From positions 68,952 to 132,951 of the forward strand of contig CAZQQI010000001.1 of NCBI GenBank assembly GCA_964595465.1: a stretch of DNA of 64,000 bases, read 5' to 3'. The notes below the pieces were generated by a model, which worked only from the letters and a program-made list of their open reading frames with translations, did not search any database and was not told the DNA's origin. The stretch is from an uncultured Planctomycetales bacterium (GTDB taxonomy: Bacteria > Omnitrophota > Gorgyraeia > Zapsychrales > JANLHA01). Each line of letters starts with the position of its first letter. Position 1 is the stretch's first letter. The translations under genes were made by a program, and so were the position numbers. This document shows, piece by piece, positions 40,080-50,714 of the stretch.

Positions 40080-42191
40080 CTATAACGATTCGGCCAAGAT
40101 CTCAGCCACAACATCGGAAAGCCGGCCGGGAAGAGGCTCCCTCATGAGGCGGGAACAGAGAAAATCTCTTTCGAACAAGCGTGTACGCATTTCTTCCACA
40201 ACCGCGGGAGCCGATGTGGCAATATTCAGTTCTAAATTATCGCGCAGACTCAAACGATCAAAATTGGCAGACCCGGCGCATAGCCAGCCGTCATAAAGGG
40301 CCGCTTTGACATGACTCATTCCGGGATAAAAATAGACCGCCACCCCGTTGCGGAACAAAATATTGGCCGTCATCACATTGCTTCTATTCATAATATGATG
40401 ATTTCCGCTTTCCGGCAGGATCACGCGGACATCCACCCCGCGTCGCCGGGCCGCCACGAGTTCATAGAGGATTACATTATCTGCTAAATACGGGTTATGG
40501 ATCCATATTCTGTTTCTCGCCCGGCGGATCGCCTCCAATTGCGCATAATAAATTTCCGGATCATTCACCCGGGTAAACAACACCCTGACCGGATATTCGC
40601 CTCCTTTGATTTGGGGGGCGCGGAAAAAGACTTTTGTCATGGCATAGGCCGCATCCCCCCACATACCCGCGTGCGCCCAGGACAATTCAAATTCCCGGAC
40701 CACCTTTTCCAGGACTTCGCCGCGGACCTCCGCCATCATATCATGCCAGCTGTAGCGGTATTCCCGGCCGATATTCATGCCCCCGGTAAAACAGATACGC
40801 TGATCAATGATGATAGTCTTGGTATGATCAGCGCGGAACCAGGCATTGGGACGGACACGCACCTGCACCCGGGAATCCCGCATGAGATAATTCTGCATCG
40901 AATACGGCGGGACAAAATCCAGCGGCATACCCTCCGGCATCTTGCCCTGCCCCATGATCTGCCCCATGCCATCCAGCAGAACCCGCACACGCACCCCCTC
41001 AGCCGCCTTTTGTCTCAAAAGATCAGCAACCTGAACAGCATAATCGTCATTATCAAAAATAAAGATCCGGATATCGATCGACTGCTTTGCCGAGCGCACT
41101 GCCTCAAGAAAACGCGGAAAAAATTCACTTCCGCCGATGAGCATATCCACAGTGCCGAATGAAGGCCGCCGGCCAGTTAATCGGTTCAGCTCCTGCTCAA
41201 AGGCCTCGATGTCCATGCTCTGCCCTGTATTCAAGGGGGGGACCTGAACGTTTTCGGGTCTGAGCAGTGAAAGCGGAAGGGTCATTGTTTCATGAACAGT
41301 ATCTTTGGACAAGGCAAACAAACGGAATGCATAAGAAACCGGGCGGGCCGCAAGGCCAAAGACATAACTGTTGATAAACGCGTAATCCGCGGTGCGCAGT
41401 CCTTTCTGAATGGTTTTCTTCCGGCGCATTTCAAACGGACTATTGAGCGCGACCACATGATCCTCTTCGAGATCAAGATACATAAACATCTGATTTTGGA
41501 CCCCCGCCCCAGCCGACGGGATAAGGATATGCTGTCCGGGGAAAGAAGGGTTGCGCGCGGCTTCGTGCAGCAGGCGGGTGATCTCCGATTCAAATTCCTC
41601 AGCGGTCAGCCTCCGTGAGATCGCAATATCATCGGGTCTTTGTTGAAACGGGACCGCGCGCAATTCTCCCCGTTCATCACGGTAGGCCACCAGATCGCGC
41701 GTGCCGGCCGTGGTGCGGATGGCTGCACCCGGCCCGGCAGGAACAATGCGGGAAAAAAGCCCTTCCCGCAAGGACTGCCACTCCATCGCTGAAACAAAGG
41801 CAATCTCCTCGCCTTCTTCGAGCTTGAGATCCTGCCATTCTTCAGCATTCAAAAACTGCAGCGGAGCAGATTGCCCGCGATAATCCTCGCTGAATTCTTC
41901 CGGGTCCCATTCTGCGTAAGCATAAAATTCTTTGCCATGTCCATCATCAAGTTCGATTTCAAAATGTACCGCCACACTGTGGTTAATACGTCGGGCCGCA
42001 ATGACCCGGACATGGTGCGCACGGTTCAGCCAGTATGCGGGATTTCTGCCGTCCCCGGCAGAGGGAGCAGAGCGGTTCAGCGCACCGCTGAAAGAACATC
42101 CGGAGCCGACACCGGCCATAATCCCCATAATCAATATCAAAAAAATTTTGCGCCGGAACATCCTTTTGATATTCATACTTGTTTTATCCAT
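40080..42191 (-). CDS. Phospholipase D/cardiolipin synthase-like lipoprotein with long N-terminal extension
   Basis: Two HxKxxxxD motifs (HTKTIIID and HVKAALYD); lipobox-like GSGC. Confidence 0.85.
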   Translation of the reverse strand: MDKTSMNIKRMFRRKIFLILIMGIMAGVGSGCSFSGALNRSAPSAGDGRNPAYWLNRAHHVRVIAARRINHSVAVHFEIELDDGHGKEFYAYAEWDPEEFSEDYRGQSAPLQFLNAEEWQDLKLEEGEEIAFVSAMEWQSLREGLFSRIVPAGPGAAIRTTAGTRDLVAYRDERGELRAVPFQQRPDDIAISRRLTAEEFESEITRLLHEAARNPSFPGQHILIPSAGAGVQNQMFMYLDLEEDHVVALNSPFEMRRKKTIQKGLRTADYAFINSYVFGLAARPVSYAFRLFALSKDTVHETMTLPLSLLRPENVQVPPLNTGQSMDIEAFEQELNRLTGRRPSFGTVDMLIGGSEFFPRFLEAVRSAKQSIDIRIFIFDNDDYAVQVADLLRQKAAEGVRVRVLLDGMGQIMGQGKMPEGMPLDFVPPYSMQNYLMRDSRVQVRVRPNAWFRADHTKTIIIDQRICFTGGMNIGREYRYSWHDMMAEVRGEVLEKVVREFELSWAHAGMWGDAAYAMTKVFFRAPQIKGGEYPVRVLFTRVNDPEIYYAQLEAIRRARNRIWIHNPYLADNVILYELVAARRRGVDVRVILPESGNHHIMNRSNVMTANILFRNGVAVYFYPGMSHVKAALYDGWLCAGSANFDRLSLRDNLELNIATSAPAVVEEMRTRLFERDFLCSRLMREPLPGRLSDVVAEILAESL

Positions 42192-42441
42192 GTCGAAAAT
42201 ATACCCAAAGACGACCCCAGTTCTTGCTGTCCTTCTTCAGGCGATGGTAGGTTTGGCGGATATCTTTGCGGTCCAAAAAACGCAAGACACGCTTCTTCAG
42301 CTGACCGCTGCCCTTGCCCGGGATGATCTCGACCTGATCGATCTTGCGGGCCACAGCTTCATTCAGCGCCCGTGACAGGGCCTCATCTATCGCGCGGCCG
42401 TCGCGGCATAGCGGATGGAGATCAAGAACGATCTTAGACAC
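42184..42441 (-). CDS. Stand-alone Smr/MutS2 domain protein
   Basis: LDLH...EIIPGKGSGQLKKRV...NWG. Confidence 0.85.
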   Translation of the reverse strand: MSKIVLDLHPLCRDGRAIDEALSRALNEAVARKIDQVEIIPGKGSGQLKKRVLRFLDRKDIRQTYHRLKKDSKNWGRLWVYFRHG

Positions 42442-44735
42442 TATTTCTCCTCAGGAACCGGAATCATTTCAACAGCACGATCGCGAAACTCCTCAGCCTT
42501 TTCCCTTAAGACCCGCACATCGGTCAGCGCAAACTGAAAACTTTCCGCGACAGAAACGATCTGCGGCGCGGCCTTCCCCATCAGGGCCTTGGGAGCGGAT
42601 CCCTGTATGGTATAAAACGCGCCCTCTGTCCCTCTTTTAAAACAGGCTAATAGGACAACCTGATCACCGCTGCTCAACGCCAACTGCTTGGCCGGCATTC
42701 CGGCGACCTTGTTATCCCGTTCTTCCAGGATTTTCATCCCGCTGTCTTCCAGAGACTGCTTGATGAAAGAAAACCCGATATCAAAGGGATACATACTCAA
42801 CGCATCTTCCGCGGAAATAATAACCGCCGGCAGTTCCTGTTTTTCGGCAGACGACGCCCCCCCCTGCAGGATCACACCCTGTTCATTTTCCATAACCACC
42901 TCCCAGCCGGGGGGAATCCGGAAATAAAAGTCCCTCAGATCATGATAATACAGCCCCGGGATCAATGAATAGACAAATGACGAACCAGCGTGCACACTGG
43001 TCAATACGGCAGCGCCGACGAATAACCCGGCAAAAACCAGAACCCAGGGAATAAAGATGATCGCGGGCCAGCGGGGGCGGCGATCGTGCACACGGCTGGA
43101 AGCCATATAATCCCCGACACGACTGCCACTGCGGCGGCTGAAAACAATGGAGAGACTTTCCAATAAAAACATGATACCAATAAAGGCGGCAAAAAACTGG
43201 GTCAGTGTGTCAACCACTCCTCCCTTGACCCAAAGCAGAACATGGATGAACAAAAATCCTGCTGCCAAAAGAAAATTTCGTAAAATGCCTTCCGTCAGCA
43301 TAATCGGCTGTCCATATTCATTGACGGCCTGGAGCCCGGCCAGGAGCTTCCCCGGGCTACGGCCCCGGACGGCATCCTTAAACAAGATCAGTAAACCAAA
43401 AACCAAAGCAAAAAGATTCTTCTCAAGAACAACCGAAACACCCCAGGCCATAACCGTAAAAAGAAATGCATCAAATAAAAACGCACACATCCGTTTAGTC
43501 AGACCCGCCTTTTTGAAATCATAACCGATGGGCACATCCTCATTTAAAATTTGAGCCACTTCTTCCCGGGCCTTAGCTGTCTCTTCAGCCTTTTTTTCTT
43601 CAAGCATCTGTTCCTGATTCTTTTTCTGCACCAGCTTGTGTTTCTTTTTCACGATCACGGATTCGATCAGCATCATGATCAGTAAAAGAAAAAAAGCGCT
43701 GCCTGCCAATATCCCCACGGCAAGAAAAAATGATTGATTATCCTCAACAATGGACCGCAATTTCTGCCACTCACGGACCAGCCGCGGGCGTTGATCCGGC
43801 TCAGGCTCCTGATAGGGATCCGCCATAGCTGCCCGCAGTTTATCCAAAAAAACCTCCGGCGGGACAAAACCGCGCTTTTCCGCGCTGTGAACATTACGCC
43901 AGGCCATTTTATAATCACCCCGTTCATAATAAATGCTGGCACGCCGGGCAAAAGCATACGCGAAATTCGGGGCGATCCGGATCGCGCGGCTGTAATCGGC
44001 AAAGGCCAGATCATACTCACCAATGTTGCGGTAAAGATCCCCGCGGGCAGCCAAATAATCGATATTGCGCGGATCCAGTTCGATGGCGCGGGAGAAATCC
44101 TCAATGGATTTTTGCTGCTGTCCCAGCTCACGGTAGGCCCGGGCCCGATATTCATAGAGTTCGGCCTTATCCGGACGGATGTCAATCGCCCGGCTGAAAT
44201 CACTGACCGCCGCCGAATAATTTTCCCTGTCCATGAAAAATCGGCCGCGAAAAAAACGTAATTTTCCCGAATCAGGACGCAGGGCAATGGCCTTGCCCGT
44301 CAACTTTACGGCGCGCTCATAGTCTTCTTCATTGGCCGCGTTGATCGCCTGCGCGAGAAATCTGTCGGCATTGATCTGCGCCTGGCGCTGCCGCTCTTTT
44401 TCCGCCTTTTGATCATCCTGAGGGCGGGCCTCCTCCATGGCCTGCCATCCTTCGGCCACAGTTTCCTGCTCCGCTGCCCGAGCTGCCCATTCCCGATAAT
44501 ACCGCGCAGATTCTTCAGACATATTGCCCATCCGGACACGATACAACCCATCCGCTGTCTCCAGCCGAATAAATTCATCAGAAAGTTCAATGACCTCTCC
44601 CTCAAGAACCTTGCCGTTATCCAGCGTCACGGTTTCAGCGAAAACAGCCGGCAACATCAGAAGGCTTAATCCCATAACCAAGGCTCCTATAAAAAAGGCG
44701 TCTGATCTTTGAACACTCCGCTTTTGAACCATCAT
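42441..44735 (-). CDS. TPR + RDD multi-domain membrane protein
   Basis: Signal peptide, about five TPRs, TM, RDD motifs (KRMCAFLFD, SPGK, LRN, RVGD) and a C-terminal soluble domain. Confidence 0.8.
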   Translation of the reverse strand: MMVQKRSVQRSDAFFIGALVMGLSLLMLPAVFAETVTLDNGKVLEGEVIELSDEFIRLETADGLYRVRMGNMSEESARYYREWAARAAEQETVAEGWQAMEEARPQDDQKAEKERQRQAQINADRFLAQAINAANEEDYERAVKLTGKAIALRPDSGKLRFFRGRFFMDRENYSAAVSDFSRAIDIRPDKAELYEYRARAYRELGQQQKSIEDFSRAIELDPRNIDYLAARGDLYRNIGEYDLAFADYSRAIRIAPNFAYAFARRASIYYERGDYKMAWRNVHSAEKRGFVPPEVFLDKLRAAMADPYQEPEPDQRPRLVREWQKLRSIVEDNQSFFLAVGILAGSAFFLLLIMMLIESVIVKKKHKLVQKKNQEQMLEEKKAEETAKAREEVAQILNEDVPIGYDFKKAGLTKRMCAFLFDAFLFTVMAWGVSVVLEKNLFALVFGLLILFKDAVRGRSPGKLLAGLQAVNEYGQPIMLTEGILRNFLLAAGFLFIHVLLWVKGGVVDTLTQFFAAFIGIMFLLESLSIVFSRRSGSRVGDYMASSRVHDRRPRWPAIIFIPWVLVFAGLFVGAAVLTSVHAGSSFVYSLIPGLYYHDLRDFYFRIPPGWEVVMENEQGVILQGGASSAEKQELPAVIISAEDALSMYPFDIGFSFIKQSLEDSGMKILEERDNKVAGMPAKQLALSSGDQVVLLACFKRGTEGAFYTIQGSAPKALMGKAAPQIVSVAESFQFALTDVRVLREKAEEFRDRAVEMIPVPEEK

Positions 44736-44736
44736 G

Positions 44737-47523
44737 TCAGTCTCCCGTATCTTGAAAAGGAATATTCGGATCAAGGATCTCGGCGATCACCCTGTCTAGA
44801 GCCTGGAGAAACACCTCATCCGTATCAGCATTCCGCCAGTCCGGACCGGGAAAAGTCCTGATCTCCAAAGTTCGGATATTATAAAATCCGGCCTGTACCC
44901 GGTCTGCAGGGAAAGTTTTCCGTAAATAATGATAATACAACGGCAGCTGAAACGAACAGACTTCCTCGGCGATCTCTTCTCTGCTCCGCGCGGCGGAAAC
45001 ACATGCCGGGCCCTTGGGACCCGGGCTGACACTGCCGGTCTTGTAATCAAGCAAGAGGATCCGTCCATCCCGAAGCCTGTCCACCCGGTCCACTTTAAAT
45101 ACAAAAGAGATATCTCCCGCTGTTAATGATATCGTATCATTAAATGTTTCTTCGACAAATAATATTTCCTCCACCGGCCGCTGGACAACGTCAGCCTCCC
45201 GCTCCAGAAACCGTGCGAGACGCTCATCAACGACGGACTTCAAAAGAAACATATCTGCCCGCCGGCTGCGCCCGAATTGCTCCTCAAACAAACGGTCAGC
45301 AATATTCTGAACGTCTTGCCGGAACGGGGCATCGATCTGCGGGCAGGAACCGACCAGCGGCCGGAACGCCTCTTCCAGAACCTGATGAATATAGGTGCCG
45401 ATCTGGCGGTTTTCCGGCTCGTCAAGAACATCATCCCATTCCCTCAGCCCCAGAACATATTGCTGATAAAAACGGTACGGATTGCGCAAATACAGATTGA
45501 CGCTGGAGGCTGAATAACGCATCTGCCTCAAAAAAGCGATCATTTCCGGTGTCTTTTCAGCGGACCGTTCCAGCTGGTCTGCAACAACCCGGAACCGGGG
45601 ACGGGTGACAGAGACCGCGTCCATATTCTGCTGCCGTTGCTGAGCATGCCAGATCAGCTCCTCCACAAAACGGCTCGGCTCAAATTCTCGATTATGCTGA
45701 TAGATCAGATGCACATCTTTTGCCGCGCTGATCAGCCTCATAAATCCGTAACGCTGGATCTGCTCTTCCTCCTCCAGCCGGTCCAGCCCCAGGCTGACCA
45801 TAACATCCCGTGGAATAAGAGCCTCCTGAACATGGATCCGGGGCAGAACACCTTCGTTGGCATCCAGCACAATAACCTGGTCAAAACTTAAAGAACGGGT
45901 CTCAAACAATCCCAGGATCTGCAGGCCGCGAAGAGGCGAACCCCGGAAGGCGATCATCTCCTGGTCAAGCTGGGACTGCAGGATCTGCACCAGATCTTGA
46001 AACTCAAAGGGCTCACCGGCAAAAGCCGCCTGTTTGATCTCTTCGGCAAGATCATACATCCTGACAGCGATCTGTTCATTCAACGGGTATCTCCTCAACC
46101 GGCTGTTCTCTACCACATATCCTGTGAACGACTGCAGACACGAAGAGAAATCACTCATGGTACGTACGGCTTCCCACCTCCGCAAGATCAGATCATGCAG
46201 GCTGACCAGCAGCGACTGAAAATCTTCCGATTTGACCCCCTCAGTGATCCGGGCGGCCTGATCAAAGATCTCCCGGCAGGACTCCAGTTCATCAAGACCA
46301 AAAAACGTTTTTCCGGAAATACCGCTGTTAAACCTGCCGGTCAGAGCTTCTTCGATTTTATGCAGAAGGATGCGGGTCCGTTGCGGCTCCCCGTCCAAAG
46401 TAAGGTTCTTCACAATGGGATGCGCGATCAGCTTGAGATAATCCCGCGCATAATATCCGCGTTCATCCCGTGATGTGAGCGCCGAGAAAACCAGCTGCAG
46501 TAAAACAGACAACGGTCCTCGCGACAAAGGATAGCCCATAGAAATATTAAAGGGATGCTCCCTGCCGGACAACTCTGATAAAAGCGGAATGATCATGTCC
46601 GGGTCCGGAAGAACGACTACGGTCTGTTCAGGATCAGGGAGCTTGCGCAGAATTTCCGCCGCCATCCCGGCCTGGGAATGGCGGTCAAAGGCCGCATGGA
46701 CATGCAGATCAAATTCAGGCTCCGGGACTTCCCGACGCTCATGGATCTTTACATCCAGCAGACGGCTGATCCGCTGGAAGACCGGCCAGCGGCGCTGATC
46801 CCCCTGAAGAAAAAGCCGGGCAGAGTCCCGGCGGATAAGATGACTGATCACGGCCTCCTCAGCGCGGTTTAAATAGAAAAAATTCGCGAACCAGATCTCG
46901 TCAAAATCCGGAAACTCCTGCCGGGAAATCCGTTCAGCCGCCAAAATGTAACGGTATCCGCGGGAAAACATTCCAGCCGCGGCCATGGTTTCATGATACC
47001 GGCGGCGCAGTCCGGCGATCTGGGTCAGCAGCCGGTTAATGTCTGCAGGAACGTCATAACCGATGGCGGCACTTTTTTCAACATTCAGCAGACGCTCGTC
47101 CGCCACGCATTCCAGATCAAGCTGATCGATAAAACGCAGGATCTCGCGGGCCCAGGGCAAAAACCGGGTAAAGTCGGAACGCCCTTTGAGGACCTCAGGA
47201 CAAAGCTCGCCGGCAAGACGGTATATTGTGTAGCAGTCGTCCAAAGGCGTTTTACGTAAAGAATTTTCTCCACAGCCCGACGCCAAAGACATAAATTCAT
47301 CGATCGTCATAAGGCGGGGAGGAACAAATCCTTTTCCCAGACGCCGCGCCAGCTCGCGTTTTAAAAACAGCCCCGGCCTCCGCCCACCGAACACAATGAC
47401 CAAGCGCTCAAGCGGCCGCCCGGCATCCAGATAAATCCGTTGCAGGTCATCCGTAAACCGGTCCATAAACCGGTCGCAAAAACTGTAGGTCATGACCTTG
47501 TCCTGAATGGACGTTCCGCTCAT
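44737..47523 (-). CDS. addB: AddB-like PD-(D/E)XK nuclease subunit
   Basis: Inactive helicase-like N-terminus, GLQILGLFETR, and C-terminal VDRVD...LDYKTG; coupled to addA. Confidence 0.8.
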   Translation of the reverse strand: MSGTSIQDKVMTYSFCDRFMDRFTDDLQRIYLDAGRPLERLVIVFGGRRPGLFLKRELARRLGKGFVPPRLMTIDEFMSLASGCGENSLRKTPLDDCYTIYRLAGELCPEVLKGRSDFTRFLPWAREILRFIDQLDLECVADERLLNVEKSAAIGYDVPADINRLLTQIAGLRRRYHETMAAAGMFSRGYRYILAAERISRQEFPDFDEIWFANFFYLNRAEEAVISHLIRRDSARLFLQGDQRRWPVFQRISRLLDVKIHERREVPEPEFDLHVHAAFDRHSQAGMAAEILRKLPDPEQTVVVLPDPDMIIPLLSELSGREHPFNISMGYPLSRGPLSVLLQLVFSALTSRDERGYYARDYLKLIAHPIVKNLTLDGEPQRTRILLHKIEEALTGRFNSGISGKTFFGLDELESCREIFDQAARITEGVKSEDFQSLLVSLHDLILRRWEAVRTMSDFSSCLQSFTGYVVENSRLRRYPLNEQIAVRMYDLAEEIKQAAFAGEPFEFQDLVQILQSQLDQEMIAFRGSPLRGLQILGLFETRSLSFDQVIVLDANEGVLPRIHVQEALIPRDVMVSLGLDRLEEEEQIQRYGFMRLISAAKDVHLIYQHNREFEPSRFVEELIWHAQQRQQNMDAVSVTRPRFRVVADQLERSAEKTPEMIAFLRQMRYSASSVNLYLRNPYRFYQQYVLGLREWDDVLDEPENRQIGTYIHQVLEEAFRPLVGSCPQIDAPFRQDVQNIADRLFEEQFGRSRRADMFLLKSVVDERLARFLEREADVVQRPVEEILFVEETFNDTISLTAGDISFVFKVDRVDRLRDGRILLLDYKTGSVSPGPKGPACVSAARSREEIAEEVCSFQLPLYYHYLRKTFPADRVQAGFYNIRTLEIRTFPGPDWRNADTDEVFLQALDRVIAEILDPNIPFQDTGD

Positions 47524-50500
47524 GATGCCTCCACCTGTTCTGCTGTCGGCCCTTCAAAATAGAGCACAAATCCTTCTACGGCCATCCCGGGATAGATCTC
47601 CGCAAGCAGGGCCATGTATTCTCTGACCTGGTCGTGATGTTTTTCCTGAGGCTGTCCGCTTTTGAAATCAATCACCCGAACCATATCCCGGCCGAGAAGA
47701 AGGCGGTCCACACGCCAGGTCCGCCCCCGCCGGTCGACAAGATCATACTCGCATTTCACCTCTGCCTCATGATCACAGAAAAACCGCCCCGTCACAGGAT
47801 CTGCGACAACCGCCCTGACGGCAGACTCCACCCGGTCCCATGGGCCGGACGGATGCACGGCTTTAACCGAGGCCACCGCTTCAGCTATACCGCGGTCTCT
47901 GTTCACCTCGCAGAGCACCCCGACACGTGCCAGAACCTCATGCGCCATTTGACCGAAACGCCGCGCGCTTAGTGACTGCCACAGACCGCTCTCCCGTCCG
48001 AACTCCTCTTTTAAAAATCCCACCCAATCCCGGCTCGGACAGGAAGACAGCATGACCGGTTCCCATTTCCTTTCCTCAGCCGATACCGCCTTTTCTGCAG
48101 GCTGTCCCATAGAAAAAAACTCTTCCGGTATTAAAAACCGGGCAATATTAAATGACTTGCCGGCCCGATCCGGAAGAAAAATATACATTTCCTGTTCGGC
48201 CCGGGTGAGGGCCACGTATACCGCATCCAGCTCCGCGTACAAGGCCTCCAGATACTGTCTGCGTTTAATGCGATATAAATGATCGGAGTACGGTAAATAA
48301 CTGTTCTTGATGCGCAGCAGCTCCATATCCTCTTCATCATTATTGAGTAAAAAAGACTGCTGACCAAGCTGGGGATCAGCACCGCCGCGATATCCCGTCT
48401 GAATATCCATGGTCAGGAAAGGAATGATCACCACCGGAAATTCCAGGCCCTTGGCCTTATGTCCGGTCAGAACACGGATCGAATCAGAGCCTTCTACATT
48501 CACGAAGACATCTTCATGCTGATTGCGCTCATAAAATTCCAGAAAACTTTTCAGATCAGGGCCATCCTCTTCATGCGCCTTAACCAGCTCGAGAAACTGC
48601 ATGAAAAAGCCCTGCCGGTCAGGAAAATGCTCAAAGACATTCCAGGAACGTAAAATGCTGACAATGAATTCATAGAGGGGATACGACCCGGCCTGCCTAA
48701 AAAATGGCTCAATATGCTGTGTCCAGAGATCCGGGCAGGTCTGCTGAAAAATTTTATACTTATAAATGCCCTTTTTCTTTTCCGCATGAGCGCGGAAAAA
48801 AATCCCGGCAACATCCTGTGGTGACCGGCCTGAGACACGGCTGAAAAGCCTGCCGGTCAGCGCTTCCACAAAAGCCAGATCATTGATAGGAGAATCCAAA
48901 AACCGCAGAAAAGAAACGATCTCCTGAATAAGAGGATCTTCTTTGATATTCACTGTGCGTTCAGATTCCACAGAATATCCAGCTTCTGTCAGCCACGCCG
49001 TAACATCTTCAACCTCGCTGTTCTTGCGCGTCAGCACGGCAATATCCCGCAGAGAAAATCGCGACGAGAGCTCACCGACGCGGTCCAAAAGCCGCTCCTG
49101 GATCACCTCATCCCGCTCCGTCTTATTAACAGCATCCACATATGTCACACGGACCATGCCCCCGGATTTTCCCGGCAAGGCCTCCTGTTCTGCCCCGCCG
49201 AATATCGTCTGCAGACGCTGCCAGTCCTCATCCTGAACCTCGACCTGAAAATCCCGCTTTTTTTCCGAATCATAGTTCTGTTTATCCAAAAGAAAACGGC
49301 GGATATTATCCATATCGAATATCTGATTGTTGAATTCCACAACCTGCTGATAACTGCGGTAATTCCGGGGCAGCCTCTCCTTCTGCACATTATAAGAACG
49401 GAACGCGGACTGCACGGCGTCGAACAAACGGGACTCTCCGCCTCGAAAAGAATAAATGGCCTGTTTCTTATCTCCCACATAAAACAACGACCCGCCGGTC
49501 GACAACGCCTCTTCGACCATCAGATACAAATTCTTCCACTGCAGAACGCTTGTATCCTGAAATTCATCGACCAAGTAATGACGGAAACGGGTCGCCAAAC
49601 GGAAATACAATTCTTCGACCGTGACCATATGATCATCAAAAAGGCGGCCGGCACGGCGGTTCAGTTCCTCAAGGAAAAGCACGTCTTCGTCCATCGCCTT
49701 CTGTTCAAAAAGGGCCCGGGTCAATTCATACAGATCGATATAGGGATTAAACCGCCCGTACGCCTCGGTCTCAGCGATCTTCCCCAGTCCGGATTGAATA
49801 TTTTCCCAGAGATGCTCTGCCTCGGGCGGAGCATCCGCGCCTCTTTTGAACGGAGGAATCGGCCGCTGCCAATACCGGGAGACCCGGTCAAAATCAAACG
49901 GCCCGCTGTATTCAGAAAAAAACTTCTGCAGGCTGTTGCGGAACCTGCCGTCCAGGCCTTCTCCACCGCGGTCATAAAATTCCTGCATTTGCCCGCGTAC
50001 GCGGATCATAAGATCAAGCACATCATCATCGCCAGGATAACGCCGGTACTCTTTGGCGTAGACATTTGCCTGCTGATAAAGGGCGAAAATCAAACCCAGG
50101 ATATCTTTTTTAGGGAACCACCCGCCCTTGTTTTCCAGCAGCAGGTACTGGCGCAAAAACTGTTCGAAAAGCTGCCGGCCTTCCGGGTCCCGCATCGCCC
50201 GCTCAATGGCTTTATCCAGACTATACTGCCAATAGTCCAGAGCGTTGTGCCGGATGCGGAAACGGGACGACAGGCCGATCTTAAAGGCGCACCCGGAAAG
50301 GATCGCGTTAATAAAAGAATCAATGGTCTGGACCTGGAAATAATTGTACCGGCAGATGATGTCGTTCAGCGCGGTCCCCGCCCTCGCCGCCGCGTCCTCC
50401 GCGGACAGACCCAGCGGTGACAGGATCTGATCCGCCTCGCCTGATGAAAGCCTTTGCAGCGCGATACGTTTCAGAAAATCCAGAATGCGGGCCTTCATTT

Positions 50501-50678
50501 CAATAGCTGCTTTCCTGGTAAACGTGATCGCCAGGATCTGCCGAATCGACGTCGCCGGATACGGCAGCAGCAGGAGCTGAACATAACGTTTGGCCAGAGC
50601 GAATGTCTTGCCGGATCCCGCAGAGGCCTCAACAACGCGGACTTCAGGAAATTGGAAAAAAGGATGTTGTGCTGTCAT
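47520..50678 (-). CDS. addA: AddA-like UvrD helicase-nuclease
   Basis: ASAGSGKT, VDEFQDT, VGDKKQAIY, HKAKGLEF, YVALTRA and C-terminal IDFKSG. Confidence 0.88.
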   Translation of the reverse strand: MTAQHPFFQFPEVRVVEASAGSGKTFALAKRYVQLLLLPYPATSIRQILAITFTRKAAIEMKARILDFLKRIALQRLSSGEADQILSPLGLSAEDAAARAGTALNDIICRYNYFQVQTIDSFINAILSGCAFKIGLSSRFRIRHNALDYWQYSLDKAIERAMRDPEGRQLFEQFLRQYLLLENKGGWFPKKDILGLIFALYQQANVYAKEYRRYPGDDDVLDLMIRVRGQMQEFYDRGGEGLDGRFRNSLQKFFSEYSGPFDFDRVSRYWQRPIPPFKRGADAPPEAEHLWENIQSGLGKIAETEAYGRFNPYIDLYELTRALFEQKAMDEDVLFLEELNRRAGRLFDDHMVTVEELYFRLATRFRHYLVDEFQDTSVLQWKNLYLMVEEALSTGGSLFYVGDKKQAIYSFRGGESRLFDAVQSAFRSYNVQKERLPRNYRSYQQVVEFNNQIFDMDNIRRFLLDKQNYDSEKKRDFQVEVQDEDWQRLQTIFGGAEQEALPGKSGGMVRVTYVDAVNKTERDEVIQERLLDRVGELSSRFSLRDIAVLTRKNSEVEDVTAWLTEAGYSVESERTVNIKEDPLIQEIVSFLRFLDSPINDLAFVEALTGRLFSRVSGRSPQDVAGIFFRAHAEKKKGIYKYKIFQQTCPDLWTQHIEPFFRQAGSYPLYEFIVSILRSWNVFEHFPDRQGFFMQFLELVKAHEEDGPDLKSFLEFYERNQHEDVFVNVEGSDSIRVLTGHKAKGLEFPVVIIPFLTMDIQTGYRGGADPQLGQQSFLLNNDEEDMELLRIKNSYLPYSDHLYRIKRRQYLEALYAELDAVYVALTRAEQEMYIFLPDRAGKSFNIARFLIPEEFFSMGQPAEKAVSAEERKWEPVMLSSCPSRDWVGFLKEEFGRESGLWQSLSARRFGQMAHEVLARVGVLCEVNRDRGIAEAVASVKAVHPSGPWDRVESAVRAVVADPVTGRFFCDHEAEVKCEYDLVDRRGRTWRVDRLLLGRDMVRVIDFKSGQPQEKHHDQVREYMALLAEIYPGMAVEGFVLYFEGPTAEQVEAS

Positions 50679-50714
50679 AACGAAATGTTTGAATATTGAT
50701 ATTGAATGGCCTGC

